A program made the position numbers and the translations under genes. The notes beneath the pieces are model-generated. The model saw only the letters and a program-made list of their open reading frames with translations. It was not told where the DNA came from and ran no database searches. Below are positions 26,276-41,400 of a DNA stretch of 54,513 nucleotides, piece after piece (position 1 is the stretch's first letter; the number at the start of each line of letters is the position of its first letter). The stretch comes from Girardia tigrina (lineage: Eukaryota): positions 4,482 through 58,994 of the forward strand of contig MQRK01253783.1 of NCBI GenBank assembly GCA_001938485.1, read 5' to 3'.

Positions 26276-28133
26276 CTGTAAAATCCCGAGTATAAGCTGC
26301 TACACGTATGGGCTGCAGAGAGTCTATTTCTGGAAGTGTACTTTTTAATCGTATAAGCTGCAACACGTATTAGCTGCACTATTTGCAACAGATTTTCCAC
26401 TTTTTAACATGCTGCTCATTTGTCCTTGCAAGAAAATATTGACTGTCTATCTATATTGTAAAGGTAGGAATTTTAAGTAGTTTTTTTAGGGTTTTATGTT
26501 TTTACTTTTACTTTCTTTTTAGAATGACTGAACAAATTTGATCTGGTACAACTGATTTATAAAATGCTACCTGTTCATGAAATAGTAAAAATTTATAATT
26601 TTTTTTAAATATTACTGCAAGGTCATTTTCATTTTGTATGATTTTTTTATATCCGTAACAATGGCTGACAACGAAGAACCAATCCAAAAGAAACTACGAA
26701 GATCTTTTACTTCAGCAAAGAAGAAAGAAATTATTGAATTAGCACGTCAATTAGGAAATACAAGGGAAGCTGCGCGACGATATGGAATTAACGAAACTGT
26801 GATTCGACGGTGGAGCTCCCAAGAACGTGTTATCAAAACAATGAATCCAAATCGAAGAGCGTTGCGTTGTGGCAATGCTAGATACCCAGAATAGGAATGT
26901 AAATTATACGAATGGGTGGTAAGGCAACGTGAACGCGAACTTCAAGTGTCAGTTACACAAATTCGATTACAAGCACAAATTATTGACAAAGAGATGAAGG
27001 TTGAAAGATTTATTGCGAGCTCCCAGTGGGCCGATAATTTTATAAAACGCAAAAATTTTGGTGTTCGACGGCCAACAACAAAGCAACAGTTACCCAAACA
27101 GTTGGAATTTCAAGTAGCTAAGTTTAGAAGCATCATCACTGACTTGGTTAAGGATTTGCCCGATAATCAAATGGGGAATTTGGATGAAGTGTCCATTCAA
27201 TGTGACATGCCTTTAGATTATACAGTTGATACTAAAGGTGCCACCAAAGTTCGAATTAAGACTACAGTAGATGAGAAAAAACGTTTTACTGTCAATCTAT
27301 GTGTTCTCAAAATGGTACTAAACTTCCTCCTTTTGTTATTTTGGACAAAAAGACACTTCCAAAGATCTGCATTCCTGAATCAAAGCTTATTGTTGCAGCT
27401 AATGGATCCAGTTGGATGAATCACGAAACGCTTGAAATATGGCTCAAAAAAGTATGGAAGAATCGAAATACATTGCCGCCAAAGACACCATGGGACCAGG
27501 ATCCAAAAGTACCATCGTTGCTGTTATTTGATATGCATTGTTCACATCTCGTCCCTAATACACTTGATAAAATTAAGAAAGAGTCCAAAGTAGCTGTCAT
27601 TCCAGTCGGACTGACATCAAAGCTGCAGCCATTGGATCTCACTGTTAACCGTTCCTTCAAATCTAAATTGCGCAAGAAGTGGGAGGATTGGATCATCAAT
27701 AAATATGAGAATATCAAACGTACTAAGTCAAACAACATGAAAGCCGCTGACTGTGATACTATTTTTGAATGGATTGTCTCTTCTTGGGAAGAAATAAATA
27801 TTTCAACCATTTTGAATGGCTTTCGAGTTTCTTTCGGTGAAGATGATGAAGAGAATGAAACTGAAGTGAATAGGTGCAGACCAAGTATTGTAGAAATTCC
27901 TGAATTTGCCAATTTATTGGAAAATTTCACTGTAATTGAGGATGAAAATACTGATGGCTTTGAAGAGTGTGACGTCGAAAATTTGGATGTACATGTAAAT
28001 AAATAAAAAAGTTTATTTTCAAATTACTAGTAAATGATTTTTAGTCGTATAAGCTGCGCATCGTATTAGCTGCAGCGCAAAAATGTCTTATTTTTACACG
28101 AATAAGCTGCAGCTTATACTCGGGATTTTTCAG
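26276..28133 (+). mobile_element. pogo-family transposon, near full length, one stop and one frameshift
   Basis: TIR CTG(T/A)AAAATCCCGAGTATAAGCTGC, TA TSD; RRSFTSAKK HTH, ASSQW, GNLDEV, LLLFDMH, KLQPLDLTVNRSFK. Confidence 0.93.
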
Positions 28134-28725
28134 TATATCATTTTTAACAGGTGATAAATTTTCATTTTACAATTTTTAATTTTAATTAATGATCATTTAA
28201 TGTTGATCTGGCTCAGGTTTCGTGTATCTGATTAACGCGGATGTTCAAGGATTTCTTTATATTTACGAGTCTCCCCGGTTGTGCTGGTATCTATGCGACG
28301 CATGTTATTCGGTTCATGGAGGTATTCTAGTTTTAATTATCGCTTATTCAGATCGTCAGCTGTCGGTTGCTTACATTCTTGGGACGACTGTGGATTCAAT
28401 CAGAAACTCGGGCAGTTTAATGATTCAAGTTGAATCATCTCGGTAATTTATTTAATTAATTAAGGATTCTTTAAATAAATTTTTCTTTCTTTTAAGGGTT
28501 TTGCAAAGGCTCGTTTAGATGATAGAACAATGATGAAGAATCTGGCTCCGTCTGACATGATACCTCTGGATCCTTGCTGTCTGTGGGGTTAATTGTGCTA
28601 GATGCGATCTATCTAAACATACTAGGGAATATTCGAGTTAGACTATTCTCTCTTTTCTCTTGTAATTTTCGAAAAGGTCGGATTGTAACAGTTATATGCC
28701 TGAAAATGCGGAATATATAATCATC

Positions 28726-28758
<33 letters not shown>

Positions 28759-29099
28759 CATCGATAAACATAAAAAATTGCGCGGTTACTAGTTTTCAGC
28801 ATTTTATCTAAAATCTTTTAAAAGCTAAGATTACTATAATTTGTTAAGCTTGTTCATAAACAAATATATTTTGTAAAAAAAATCCTTGTTTTTAATTCCC
28901 TTTGAACATTTATTAATATAACCTCAATATCCCTACAATAGCAATATTTTTTTTAAAGATTGCAACAATAATAATACATTTTGCAAAAGTTTAAAGTGAG
29001 ATTGGAAGTCATTTTGAAAAGTTCGAAAAACCCCATAGTACCAGTTTTAGTGTTGTAAGAATTAATAAAGAAATATTTTTATAAAATAAAAATGTTTTT

Positions 29100-29322
29100 G
29101 GAAGATGCGGTCAAATGACCGTTTCCCAAAAGTCCAAAATTAATTATTACGAAATTTTTTATTTTAAAATAATACAATAAATTGAAAATTAGCTGTTATG
29201 AGGGATACTATTTTGAATAGTATATTTTGAAATATCTGTTAATTTAAATTTATTGTATTTTAAAATAATAAATTTCGTAATTGATATCGGTCTTTTGGGA
29301 TTCGGTCATTTAACACAAATCC
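29100..29322. mobile_element. MITE-like hairpin (possibly MULE-derived) ~150 bp upstream of PARN copy 2
   Basis: ~80-bp imperfect inverted arms (AAATGACCG..TCCCAAAAG / CTTTTGGGATTCGGTCATTT). Confidence 0.7.
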
Positions 29323-29471
29323 GTTTTTTAGATACAATAAAAATTAATATCCAGGAATAATTAACTAAATTTTTCATTTTTTTATTAATAATAAATTTTA
29401 AATTAACAAAAAAAGCAAAACAAAACGTTTGTTTAAATAATCATAAAATAATTTTTAAATTCAAAAAAAAT

Positions 29472-32400
29472 ATGGAATTCGATAATTCAAGTATGTTTTG
29501 ATTGTTTTACATTTTTTAATAACTGGTGTGACGAAACTCTAGATTTTGAAGCGAATTTTGATTTTGTAAAACATTTGATTGATAAATGCAGCTTTTTTTC
29601 AATTGATACGGAATTGACGGGACTGCATGAAGGCAGCGTTAATTTCTATGACACACATGAAATGCGCTATAAATTCCTTAGAGACAATTCCATGCAGTAC
29701 ACAATCACCCAAATGGGTATTTGTTTCTTCACGTACTGCATGGAAAAGAAACGGTTTTTTATTGATTAATTACAAAAAAATAATTAATATTTTAATTATT
29801 TAATTAATTTAATAAATATTTAAATTATTTTAAATAAATTAATTAAAATAATAATTATTTAAATATAATAATTATTTAATTAAATTAATATTTTTTCTTG
29901 TTTAATTAAATTAATTATAATTTTAATTGTTTTATTAAAATAATTAATATTTTACTTATTTGAGTAAATTATTTAATAATATTTATTAGTTTCCAATGTC
30001 ATCCAATTAATTTCCAATTACGACCATTTTCCTATGAAAAGGGAAGAGACAGTATTTCTATCGACCCAAAAACAATCGAATTTCTAAACAAAAGTGGATT
30101 TAATTTTAGTCGATGTTTTAATGACGGTTTGTTTTATTAAACAATTTTTTGTGTACTTGGTTATCGGTCCTGTATTACTAATTTTCTTTTACCCAATGAT
30201 GTTTACGGCACCACAAAAATGAACAATAATAAAAATTTCAATATACAATAAACAATTTCCAGTATAGTTCCGTAGCCGCCCAAGTAAATATAAAAATATA
30301 ACAATAAATAAAATATTATAAGCACACCAGGAAGAATATTTATTTAAAATTTTTAAAAGTAACCGAATAGTAATCTAAAATAAATACATTGTTTACGCGA
30401 TCACGAACTTCTCTGACTTATTTTATGTATATTTTTTAATTAAATTTGTTTTTTACCATTTTTAAAAAACTTTTTCTTATTTTTGTATAGAAAAATTAAC
30501 TGAAAATAATTTAAAAAACAGAAAAAATTATTCAATTTTAAGTATAGCAAAATTTAAATACAGTCACCCACACTATTGTACCATTTCTATATTGTGCCCC
30601 CTCATACATCGCCATTTTTTAAAAATTGTACATATTTTAATAATTAAAAAAAACACTTACGAATTGACGAATTTTAAACTGAAATACTACACTGTCTAAT
30701 AAAAATTTTAAATTCTTTTGACATTAATTAATATTTTAAAAAATTTATTTGCGTAATGAATTTTTGATGGATTGTATCAATTTCTATCATTTCTAATTAA
30801 AAGCCAAGAAAGTGCAAAATTTTTATCTTCTATCCAACCATACCAATACCCGGACATTCATAAAACGCCAAGACTCCAAATGGAAAGAAGAAGAGAACTC
30901 TCTTAAACCGGTATGACCCATAACCAAATACAACAAACGATTTTTTTGTTTATTCTCCCTTAAAAACTAATTTTAGGAATACCTTTTTTGAGTCTTTCGA
31001 AATATGAAATGAAAAAGGCTTTAATTGAATCTGAAAAAGAGGGAAATCTCTCGAATATATCAAATGATATCGATCCTGCAAAATTTTCTCGTTTAACAGA
31101 TTTAATGTAAATTTTCTTTTTCTAGACGAATATTCGTCGGAGGGATACAGTTCTGTTTTATTCCTGAATTTATCTTTTTTTTACTTACACATTTTAAATG
31201 ATAATATGTATATTTATGTATTGATTTTATTTAGGTTTTGGTATACATATAATTAATTGCACATCTAATATTTAACAATTATTTTTAACATCAATATCAG
31301 TTCTTAAATCATTTGTTAAATGAGAACAAATTGCATCCAATTCAAGTGTCATTGCATGAAATAAAAAAATATTCCAATATGATGGAAATCAACTATTGTA
31401 AACTGTTATTATTAATATTTTCATAAAATCAGAATAAAAATCCGTTAAATTATAAATTTTTAACTGAAAGAGATATTGACGTAATGAGCAAAGTATTTTA
31501 ATTGATCAAAAATCATTGAAACTGTGATAATGAAATGAGCATTCTTTCGCAATGAAGGTCGATAACAGAACTGTAACCGCCGGATTTATTGTTCCATTAA
31601 TTTTTATATCGATTTGACGACAGAAATCGGTGCGAAAAATTTCTCGAAAACGACTCTGAGCAGGAATTTACAATCGATATTCCCTCGAAATCATTCGATA
31701 GACATTTGATTCTCAACGAATTATGGAAAAGGTTGATTAATTTATTTTCAAAACATCGATCAATGTAAATAAAACAGAGTCGGTTGCATTAACGGAAAAT
31801 ACATTTCTCCCATACAAGAGAAAGATGAAACCACTTCGAAAACGATAATCAAAATCAAAAAATCAGATAATAAAAGATTAGAAATTGAACGGGAGATAAC
31901 GGAAAAATATTCGAATAGACAAGTAAATTAATAACGATTGTTGTTGGAGTGTAATTAATTATCGATCGGAAAATCAATAATTGGCAGGCAAATGCAGAGA
32001 CTCCTGCGAAGTTTTCGAAACTGATGAAATATCTTTGCGATTCGGTAAACGATTTTCTATTGCATTAAGGGATTTCAATTTCGGTTAGAAAAAAGTCGTC
32101 GTCATTCATAATGGACTTTTGGATTTGCTGCACTTCTATGACAAATTTCTGGAGCCACTTCCTAATGTGAGATTTGATTTATTTGGACCGATGAATTATC
32201 ATTATTTGCAATAAAAAAATCATTACTCATTGAAAAAATTATGTAGATCTATTAAAATGATTGCGAAAGTTTGTGCCGATTCGGAATTAAATTCAATGAA
32301 TATGAAAATTTAATAATCATTTCTTATCGCCACCATTTCCCAAAACTGTCTCATCGTTTTACAAGTTTCTCGATTTCTGGCACCTTCGACGGAATTTCGA

Positions 32401-35400
32401 CCATTTAAATTATGATGTAGTAATGGAAACCGAGTAAAATCTGAAGAGACAAACTGCTTGGAATACGGTGGGGGCTGCAGGATATTTGCTGTAGCTTTTT
32501 CCTGTTGTAGAATCACGCTTTTTCGATAACTACAATGTTTATGTTTAGCTCGAAGGTTTTAATTTAATTTAATTTAATTTAATCGCACCGCTTAGGTGTA
32601 GTTAAATCAAATGCAAGAAACGTCTCTACTTTCAAATAGATGTCTTGATGACCGGACTGAGTCTACCTTCGCTTCGTCACGGCGAAGAATTGCACTCTCT
32701 TACAGTGTGCAACTAGGGGTTTTGACTGCTCGTGTGTTAAGCAGTGCCTTCTCTAATTATTTCCTCGTCAGATATATAGAGGAGATGTTGGCTATAATGC
32801 TTGGCGCATATTTCAATATTTCGCTTTGCAATTCTGGTCACATATGTCTTAACTTCCTCGTCATTCCATCCAGTGACGTGAAGTAAGATTGTGTTACACG
32901 GGTACAATCTTCCAAGGCATCCGACGACGAAGGGAAAAATCTTAACTTCTTTCTTGTGGAAGCGTTCTATAAGATCCATTTGGACATCAAGGTAATGGTC
33001 ACAGGCTCTTGTATATGTGTCATCAAACTGTCCATTTGCGTCCCAGGGGCTTTTGACATCAATAATCCAAGAGTTGGGTCCAAGGTCGACATAAATGTCC
33101 ATAATCTTCCATGTTTTATCCAGGAAGGTGTGCGAGAATTCGGTAAAGACAGTGTTTTTCCGAACTTCTTGCCGAGGAATTTTGCGAGTTCAACCTTGAT
33201 CTTGTTGTGTTTGGACCTGGCAAAATCCATGGAGTAGTTACAATGGTTGAGGATATGGCTGGGGGTTTCTAGTTTTAATCCGCATTTTCTGCACTTGTTG
33301 GTGGTTTCGGGAGAGAAAAGGTGGTCGCGGTAGTTGCATTGGAGGAGATCTAATCGGGCTTTGTGGATGAAATACCATCCTTCAAAGGTGATCCATCCTT
33401 TCATGATTGATTTATTCAAGTATTCGTTGCTGGTGCTGACGTCGACCATTTAAATTATTATTTAGTAATGGAAACCGAATAAAATCTGAAGAGACAAGCT
33501 GCTTGAATACGGTGGGGGCTGCAGAATATTTGGTGTAGCTATTCCTGTTGTAGAATCACGCTTTTTCGATAACTACAATGTGTATGTTTCGCTCGAAGGT
33601 TTTCTTTTATTCGATGAGTTATTCACAGTCCTTGTCCGTAGAGCTTCCATTTCCCGGCCATATTCAGCATCCCGGGAAACGGGAATTTTCACAGCCTTTT
33701 CTCGACTCTTTCACTTTCCGTGGATGTCGGGTGGATAGTTTTAGGCTTTCTAGAATTTTTTTTACATTTGTTGTTATAGCTGCTTTTTCGAGCTTACTTT
33801 TTAAGTCACTTATCGAATGTACTAAAACTATTTCTTCACCAGCCTCCACATCCGCATCTTCCGTCGTAATTCCAACATCATCTGAATCACTTTCCTTTTA
33901 AACTTCAACAGTGGATGAACATTTTAAATTATTTATGATTTTCTGTGCAAAAGTTATAATTTGAACTTGTACTAGCTCTTTCAGAAAAAAATGTATTTGA
34001 ATTAATACACCAAAGCCCCGCTTTGTGTCTCTATTCGGTTCCGAAAGTTGAGACGCTAAATGAGTTTAGACGCATAACGAATATGTGGTAATATCGATCA
34101 GAAAGACTGTTACAATATGTCTATCTAAATAAAAATCAAAATAAAACAAATGTTTATCATGACATAGTACGAAAATTGCGCTCTTAATCCATTAAAACTA
34201 ATTAATAATATAAAATCAGTAAAAAGTGAGTGTGCATTATAAATGTAATTATTAAAACTTCTTTCAAAATCAAAATTTACTTTCTAAAAAATTTTTCCAA
34301 AGTGGTTTGTACTGCATTGTCTTTTTTTCCGCATAAATTTCTTTATAGCAGTTTATGCTACCCAGAACTGATCTGTTTATCCTCGAACTTCTTTCGTGAT
34401 TAGGGTCATCTTGATTAAATATCTGCAGAACTTGATCAATTAATTGAAAGGCTTGAGCTAAACGTTTCATCGTTAACGGTTGTTCTACGGCAATATCTTC
34501 GATTTTTTCCTCAGAATCACTACTGTGTGCTGTCTGAAATTCAATTTCCATTGATTGAGAAGTTGTTATCTCTTCATTGTGCGAATCCAATAGTTCTTCT
34601 ATATCTTCGACCTCCATTCCTTCAACTTGCAATGCGGATGCTAAGTCAACTATCTCTTTAGTTGCAGTTATCCTATCATTATTCGTGTCATTTTCCAATC
34701 GGCTATGTACACATTCCGGACATAATTTACGCCAACCGCTCATGCTTTTGTTGGACACTTCAATATGGCAAAAAATATTCAATAAATAAATAATGCAAAA
34801 AATATTTAATATATGTTGGACATTTTATATGACAAAAATAAAAAATCAATCGACGCAAAAGCGAATAGACGCATAGCGGGGCTTTGGTGTAATTGTATTT
34901 GCAAAAATAAAAATTTTATTTCAAAGATTAACAAGGTTGAGTTGGAGTTGATGTCGGAGTCGGTCAATTTTAGCCCGACTCCGCAGCCCTGTATTTTGAT
35001 GGAAGCTAAATTTGTGAATTTAAGACTTATGTTTACAAAAAGTTATTAAATGTGAAGTTTTGAAACAATCCCGGAATTTGGAAAAATTAACCAATTTACG
35101 CCGTCCGTCCTCATTTGAGGACGCTTGAAAAAATAAACATTCAGTGACTTGAGAAGAATGTTTATGAAATTTCTCAAGTTTTATCACGTCTGTATAAAGA
35201 AAGTAATGAGCCAATGACCTTAATTTGCTTAAATTAGACTTGAGATTTTGGGTTGAGATTTTACAGTCACTGCAATATCATATCTTAGTGCGGACGAGTG
35301 TAGTTGTTTCTGTTTCTAGATTTCTAGTTCCTGTTTAACAATTTTTAACACCAAAGTTTTTATAAATAAAAAGATATTTCTTTCTATTTTTAATTTAAAT

Positions 35401-38400
35401 GTTTTTACAAACGAAAATATAAAATATCTATTTCAAAATATTCAATTTCAATATTTAATTAAAAAAAATATTTTTTTACCATGTGGCCCATTTGGGGATC
35501 ACTTCCTTTTATTCCGCTAGCAACACTAATATGCCAGTTAAAATATTTTTTCATAAAAGTAATGATTATGATTAATACATATAATATTATAATACACAAA
35601 ACTACTGTCTTCACGGTGCTTAAAAAATTCTTGAGTAACTTACTATTTAAAAATAATGTTATTTTATAGTGAATTGAATCCATAGAATTATTATACTTTT
35701 AATACAAAATCCATTAATCCATTTTAACCAATATGGTCGATAATGACCACAATTATGAAATTTTTTGTGGTACGAATCGATGACAGTTAATTACGTTATA
35801 TTGATATCAAATCATACGAGCGTGATTATGTTGACGTTTATGGATTCTTTTATACTGCAAATAAGATAGAACGTTTAAAACTGTATAAAGTATATGATTA
35901 TCTATGGAATATCATGTCCTCTACAAGAGTCTTGTAACCAGACCTCAGTATCTTTGATGCTACATACTCATGCTTGTCTAAATTTTACATGACCGTTATA
36001 TAAATTTATCTGAAATTCGTTCATATAATGATGTTTATTATCGATTATCCAGCCAATGTATTTTTTAATTCATGAGTTGTTATAAATAATTGATGAAAAT
36101 TAATCTTTCATTTAGGAATATGAAACATTCAAGGGAAAAATTAATGAATTATTTCCAAAGTGAATTTATTTTCAATTAGTTTTTTTTATAATAATCGATG
36201 GGTTGTAGAATATTCGACACAAGATATATGTTTACGGATGAAAAATTTAAGGTGAATTTCCCATCATTATTTGAATCAGTTAATTTCATTATCAAAAAAT
36301 TAATAGAAAATGAGAACATTTAATCTGGAATCTCTTTATGCTTTGACTAAATCAGAACCATTTGTCAGTCCTGACCTTCGTAAGATTTTATCACATTGAA
36401 CAGTTTAAATTGATAATATCGCGACACCTTTATATAAATATCTATATGCGAAATGCCATATTAGTGACTTAATGAACGCTTAAAATTTCCCTTTACAGAG
36501 TTATTCAAATATATATTAGCGTTTATTCAATTTCATATTAGCATTTTAAAATAAATGTAGAAATGCACATAACATGTGTATTTGTTTAAATATTACATGT
36601 AAAATAATTACGAAAAAGCTAAATACAGTCCACCCTCGTTTCTTTATGGTGGGGCACCTTGATTTCTGGGGAAATATTGGTTTTTGGGGCAAGTTTTAAG
36701 ATAATCGCACTATTACATATTATTTATATTGTATTTTTATTTCAAAAGTACAATTATGTTTCGTTTTTTGGGGCATATTTTTTAAATTTTGTTTAAATTT
36801 ATATTAAATTTTGTAAAAAAACATTATCCCAAATGACGAGAAAACTAACATCAAGCGAAAAATTTGAAATTGCGAAATGTTTGAAGGATGGAAAAACAAC
36901 AGAGAGAAAATTAATTGAAAAATTTTCTACAAGTAAAGGTGCCCTTTTTAGAATTAAAAAGAATTTAGACAATATTCTTAACATTTGGGATGAAAGAAAA
37001 TGTGACAAACAAAAATCGGAAGAAACTATGAAAGAAAATCCATTTAATAAATATAAAGAGCTTAATGGTTCGGTCTTGGAAGTTTTTAATCGCCTAAGAT
37101 CTTCATCGATTCCATTAAATGGAACGATAATCAAAACCATCGCTCTGAAAATTGCAAAAAAAACTTAGATTAGAAAACTTCAAGGCGTCTAATGGTTGGA
37201 TGGAAAATTTTAAAAAACGGAATAAATTGGAGTTTAAACGAATTACCGGTGAATCAAGATCTGCTGATTTGGAACATTTAGATGAATTTTACGATGTTCT
37301 TAAAACAAAACTTGGACAATATAAACCTCGGGATGTGTGGAATTGCGATGAAACAGGACTTAACTATCAGAACGTTATTGTTGAGGTTTATGAAGAAAAT
37401 TTATCAGAACCGCTGGAGGATACCGGCACAGCTGAAATTTGTGAAAAAGTTCGTTATGATAAACTAAATCTGGGATGGGAGAAACTTAAAGAATTGGAAA
37501 ATGTTCAAAAAGAATACATCAAGTTTAGAATGCAATTTAATAATTTTTTAAGGAAGGAATTTAAATTTGGGAAAACAATAACTGATTATTTTAAAAATTG
37601 GAATAAATTTTATTTAGTTTTTCGATGTTTTTTAATTTTTTGGGTGTTTTTTGGTTTTTGGGGCAAAATTTGATATTTTTGCCCCAAAACCGAGGGTGGA
37701 CTGTACATAAAAAATATTAAAAAGCGTTCATTTAGAATATAATTTATTTCATATAAACTGCTCTCATTCTTTCATTTTCGAGCCAATTTCTCATGTTTCT
37801 ATAAAAGCCCTGACATCTAAAATTTCCTCGATTGTACAGTGTGCTATTGCATTTTTCTGCGAGTAGTACGCACATGTTATCAGTTCAAAAAGGTTCCTCG
37901 ATTGGATTTAGTTCCGGAGCAAAAGGAACCGAAATTTGTATGAGATATTTCGCGATGTTAAATATTGTTTGAAGCAATTTTATTTGCTAAACGCCGCATT
38001 GTCCATGATTAGAATTTTACTTAGATTACCATTTAAATAGTCACCAAGTCCTTCGTTTAAAAATTTAATAAAAGTTTCTGAATTATAAGCGCCATTGATA
38101 TATTTATAAAATAATAAACCATTATCCCAATGGCGCACATCAGACTGCGATTTACACCTTTCTTGGTCGGCATGCTGAAATAGACTTTAGTATTTTCGAT
38201 CGCTGAGTGTTTGCGTTAAATCCCGTTTCATCGAGAAAAGCAAAATTTTCATCGGGAAATCTCGAAAGCTCCATTGCATAAATAGCTCGAGCATTGTTTT
38301 TTTCCGGTGTGTTTTTCTCGATCGGTTCACACGTTAATCTTTTTCGAGTAATTTACATACTCACTAGTTTTCTGCTGATAGTCGGCTGGGGAAGTTGAAC

Positions 38401-41400
38401 TGAATGTAATTCATGAATATTATTAGCTAGCTCTTTCAATTTGAGCATTATTGCAGGAAATTAAGTTATTGAGTTAGCCAAAAAGTCATTGCGTTTTTTA
38501 CTAAAATATTTATTATCAAAAAATGACATGGATGCACAAATAATTTTACACGATATACTGTCCATTATTTTCAATCACTTTCTTCCACCTTTCCGGTAGC
38601 TTCATTATTCCTGATTCATAAAAACCTTTGCCGTTGTCAACAAAAAAGCCGTCTAGAAACGATTTGATGTCATCATTACTGGCGAATGTTTTTCTGTTTA
38701 AGGAATTCTGCAGTGATCTAAATAAGTGAAAATCCGATGGGGCCAAGTCTGGAGAATACGGTGGGTGCGTCAAAACCTCCCAACCAAGTGATAAGAGTTT
38801 CTGGCGAGTGGTCAAACTTGTATGCGATCTTGCGTTATCATGCTGAATTACAACTACAGGGTGTCCCAAAAATATGTATACACATTAAAAATTTAATTTT
38901 ATTGATTAAAAAAGTAAAAATAAGTACGAGTAATATTTATTTATATTGGTCACAGTTTGTTCTCAAACTGACGTCCATCTTGATCCAGACACTTCTGACA
39001 ATGCGATAAAATTCAATAAAATTAAATTTTTAATGTGTATACATATTTTTGGGACACCCTGTACTTTTCGATTTGCCAATTCAGGACGTTCATGTTGAAT
39101 TGAATGAGCCAATTTCTCCAGCTGATCACAATATCTGTCTGAATTGATGGTTTCATTCCTCGGAAGGAGATAAAAAACACAATTCCTTTAAAATCCCACC
39201 AGACGGAAAGCATAACATTCTTTTGGTGAATTTCTGCTTTTGGGATCGTTTTAACATTTTCATCGCGATTTTGTAAATGTAAAATATAAATAAATTATCA
39301 AAAAGTTTTATGTATACAAAATCACGATGCCAATTATCCTCGTTATTAGACTAAAAATCTCTTGAAATACATTTAATGATTTTAAATTTAATTCCATGTT
39401 TTTATATTTCTTTCTTTTATATGATCGCCGATCATATCGATCATTAATCGGTCTTTGAAGTCCTATATCATCAAATTATTTTCCCAGTTTGAATAGTAAC
39501 AATAATTATATTTAACTGAAATATGCTAAAAAACATTCAATGTATCATTATTTTAATGAAATGCCTGTAAATATGTTGTTTCAAATGCTCTTTTACAAGT
39601 GGACACTACTTACAATCGATTGGTTGGGATCTGGCGTATCATCCGTTGTAACCGACTTCTAATTTCAAGATTGGATGATGTATTTGTTCGATCTTTTATA
39701 TGAAAACACTCATCATCCTCAAAATCCATGTTGCAACCTCGATATTTATGTCCACATACTGTTGCAAATTTCCTAATATTCCATGCGAACTCCTGATTTT
39801 ATTAAATAAATTTCTTTTACAAAGGTTTATCAGAATATCTACGTAGATATTCTGATACCATTCACAGTTGGTCAATAGTGTTAATGTCTGGATTTGAAGA
39901 CCCTCTTAATTGCAAAGCCAATAAATAAGATATTAATTTTTTTGAACAATATTTTTTAATAAATGCTCAATAAAATAAAAAGTATTTTTCAGTAAAAAAT
40001 ATGTGCTTGGTAAAATAAATAGTACTTGCTTAGTATTTTCTGTTGTTTTATTAAAAATAAAAAAATGAATAATGTTAGTGTAGCTCTTTTTGGTCGACAT
40101 CTTACTATTTTCTCTTCATTTGATATTTGCTTTGTACTTGCTGAAGGTTTCCCGTATTTTAAGCTCATTGCTAAGCAAATTACATGTTTGGACCTGTATT
40201 GCTTTAAATAGATAAAGAAGTTACATACGCCGTCTTGCCGGGAATTAAAGTCGTGACTCGTGAGAACTTTCCAAACTACACTCTTCTTGCGTTATCTTGG
40301 CTGTTTCACCTCTTGGATAGTAATAAATCTTCGAACATACGTGATCAAAGTTCTTTATTAAGCTTCATACACTGACATGCAGTCGTCCAATCTTGAAGTG
40401 AAATTGTCGCATTGTAAACACAACAGATTTTTCACATGTAAACACTTGAAAAATTATCTCTAGCGACAATTTCTCTTTTAGAGTTTACTCCTTTTCTATT
40501 ACTAAGTTAAACGATTCCAAAGCATTGTTAGTATATGGTGTATTATATCTCGTACCTTCATACAATTTTGATCGGATGAGAACTACATATCATTCATTTA
40601 CGAAATAAAATCGCTTTAATTAAAAAAATAGAAAAATGAATAAAATCCTTCTATTTCTCCTACATACTACTACTTGTATTCGAAAACAAGATTCAAATGC
40701 TTAATAAAATTTTGTTGCACATGTGTCCAGCACATAATTTCAACTTTTTTACCAAATTCCTCCAAAAAGCCCCTCGTATAACTTCTGAAGCTTCGGATAT
40801 CAAACTTTCAAAATTAATGAATTATCTAAAATTGTTTTTAAAATAACTTTAGAATAACTCTTTCATTCGAACAAACAGAAATGCAAATATGATGGAAGTA
40901 ATTACAAAGATTCTGAAAGCAAATTGATAAAATTGGTACGACCGGAAAACCCAAGAACCCGAACTCCTAATCACAGCCTTTTTTGAAATGTTGTTATATT
41001 TTGCTGTAATAATTCATATCTTCCCCAATTTTTTTTATTTATTTCTATGACCAGGGAAATTTTAGAACCAATACTTTATATATTTAAAAATACTCCATAA
41101 AACAAATAAGACAACTTTTTGAATATTTTATTTTATGTACAAATCAATAATTAAAAAAACATAATTAAATAATATTATTTAATAAAATTTTAATAATTAA
41201 AATTCAAATTGGTAATTTATATAATATTATAAATAATCATTTAAAATATTTCTTGAAAAAAATTTTTTAGTACTGGATTCATTAGGAGAAGAGTATAATT
41301 TGTCTGAAAACCAATCATTCCACAACGCACATTATGATGCCATGATTACAGGAAAAGTATTCATCAGTTTATCAACAAATTTGAGTAACTGTTTTTGTGC

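Noticed and set aside
27421-27930. 169-aa minus-strand ORF
   Set aside because: Antisense to the pogo transposase.
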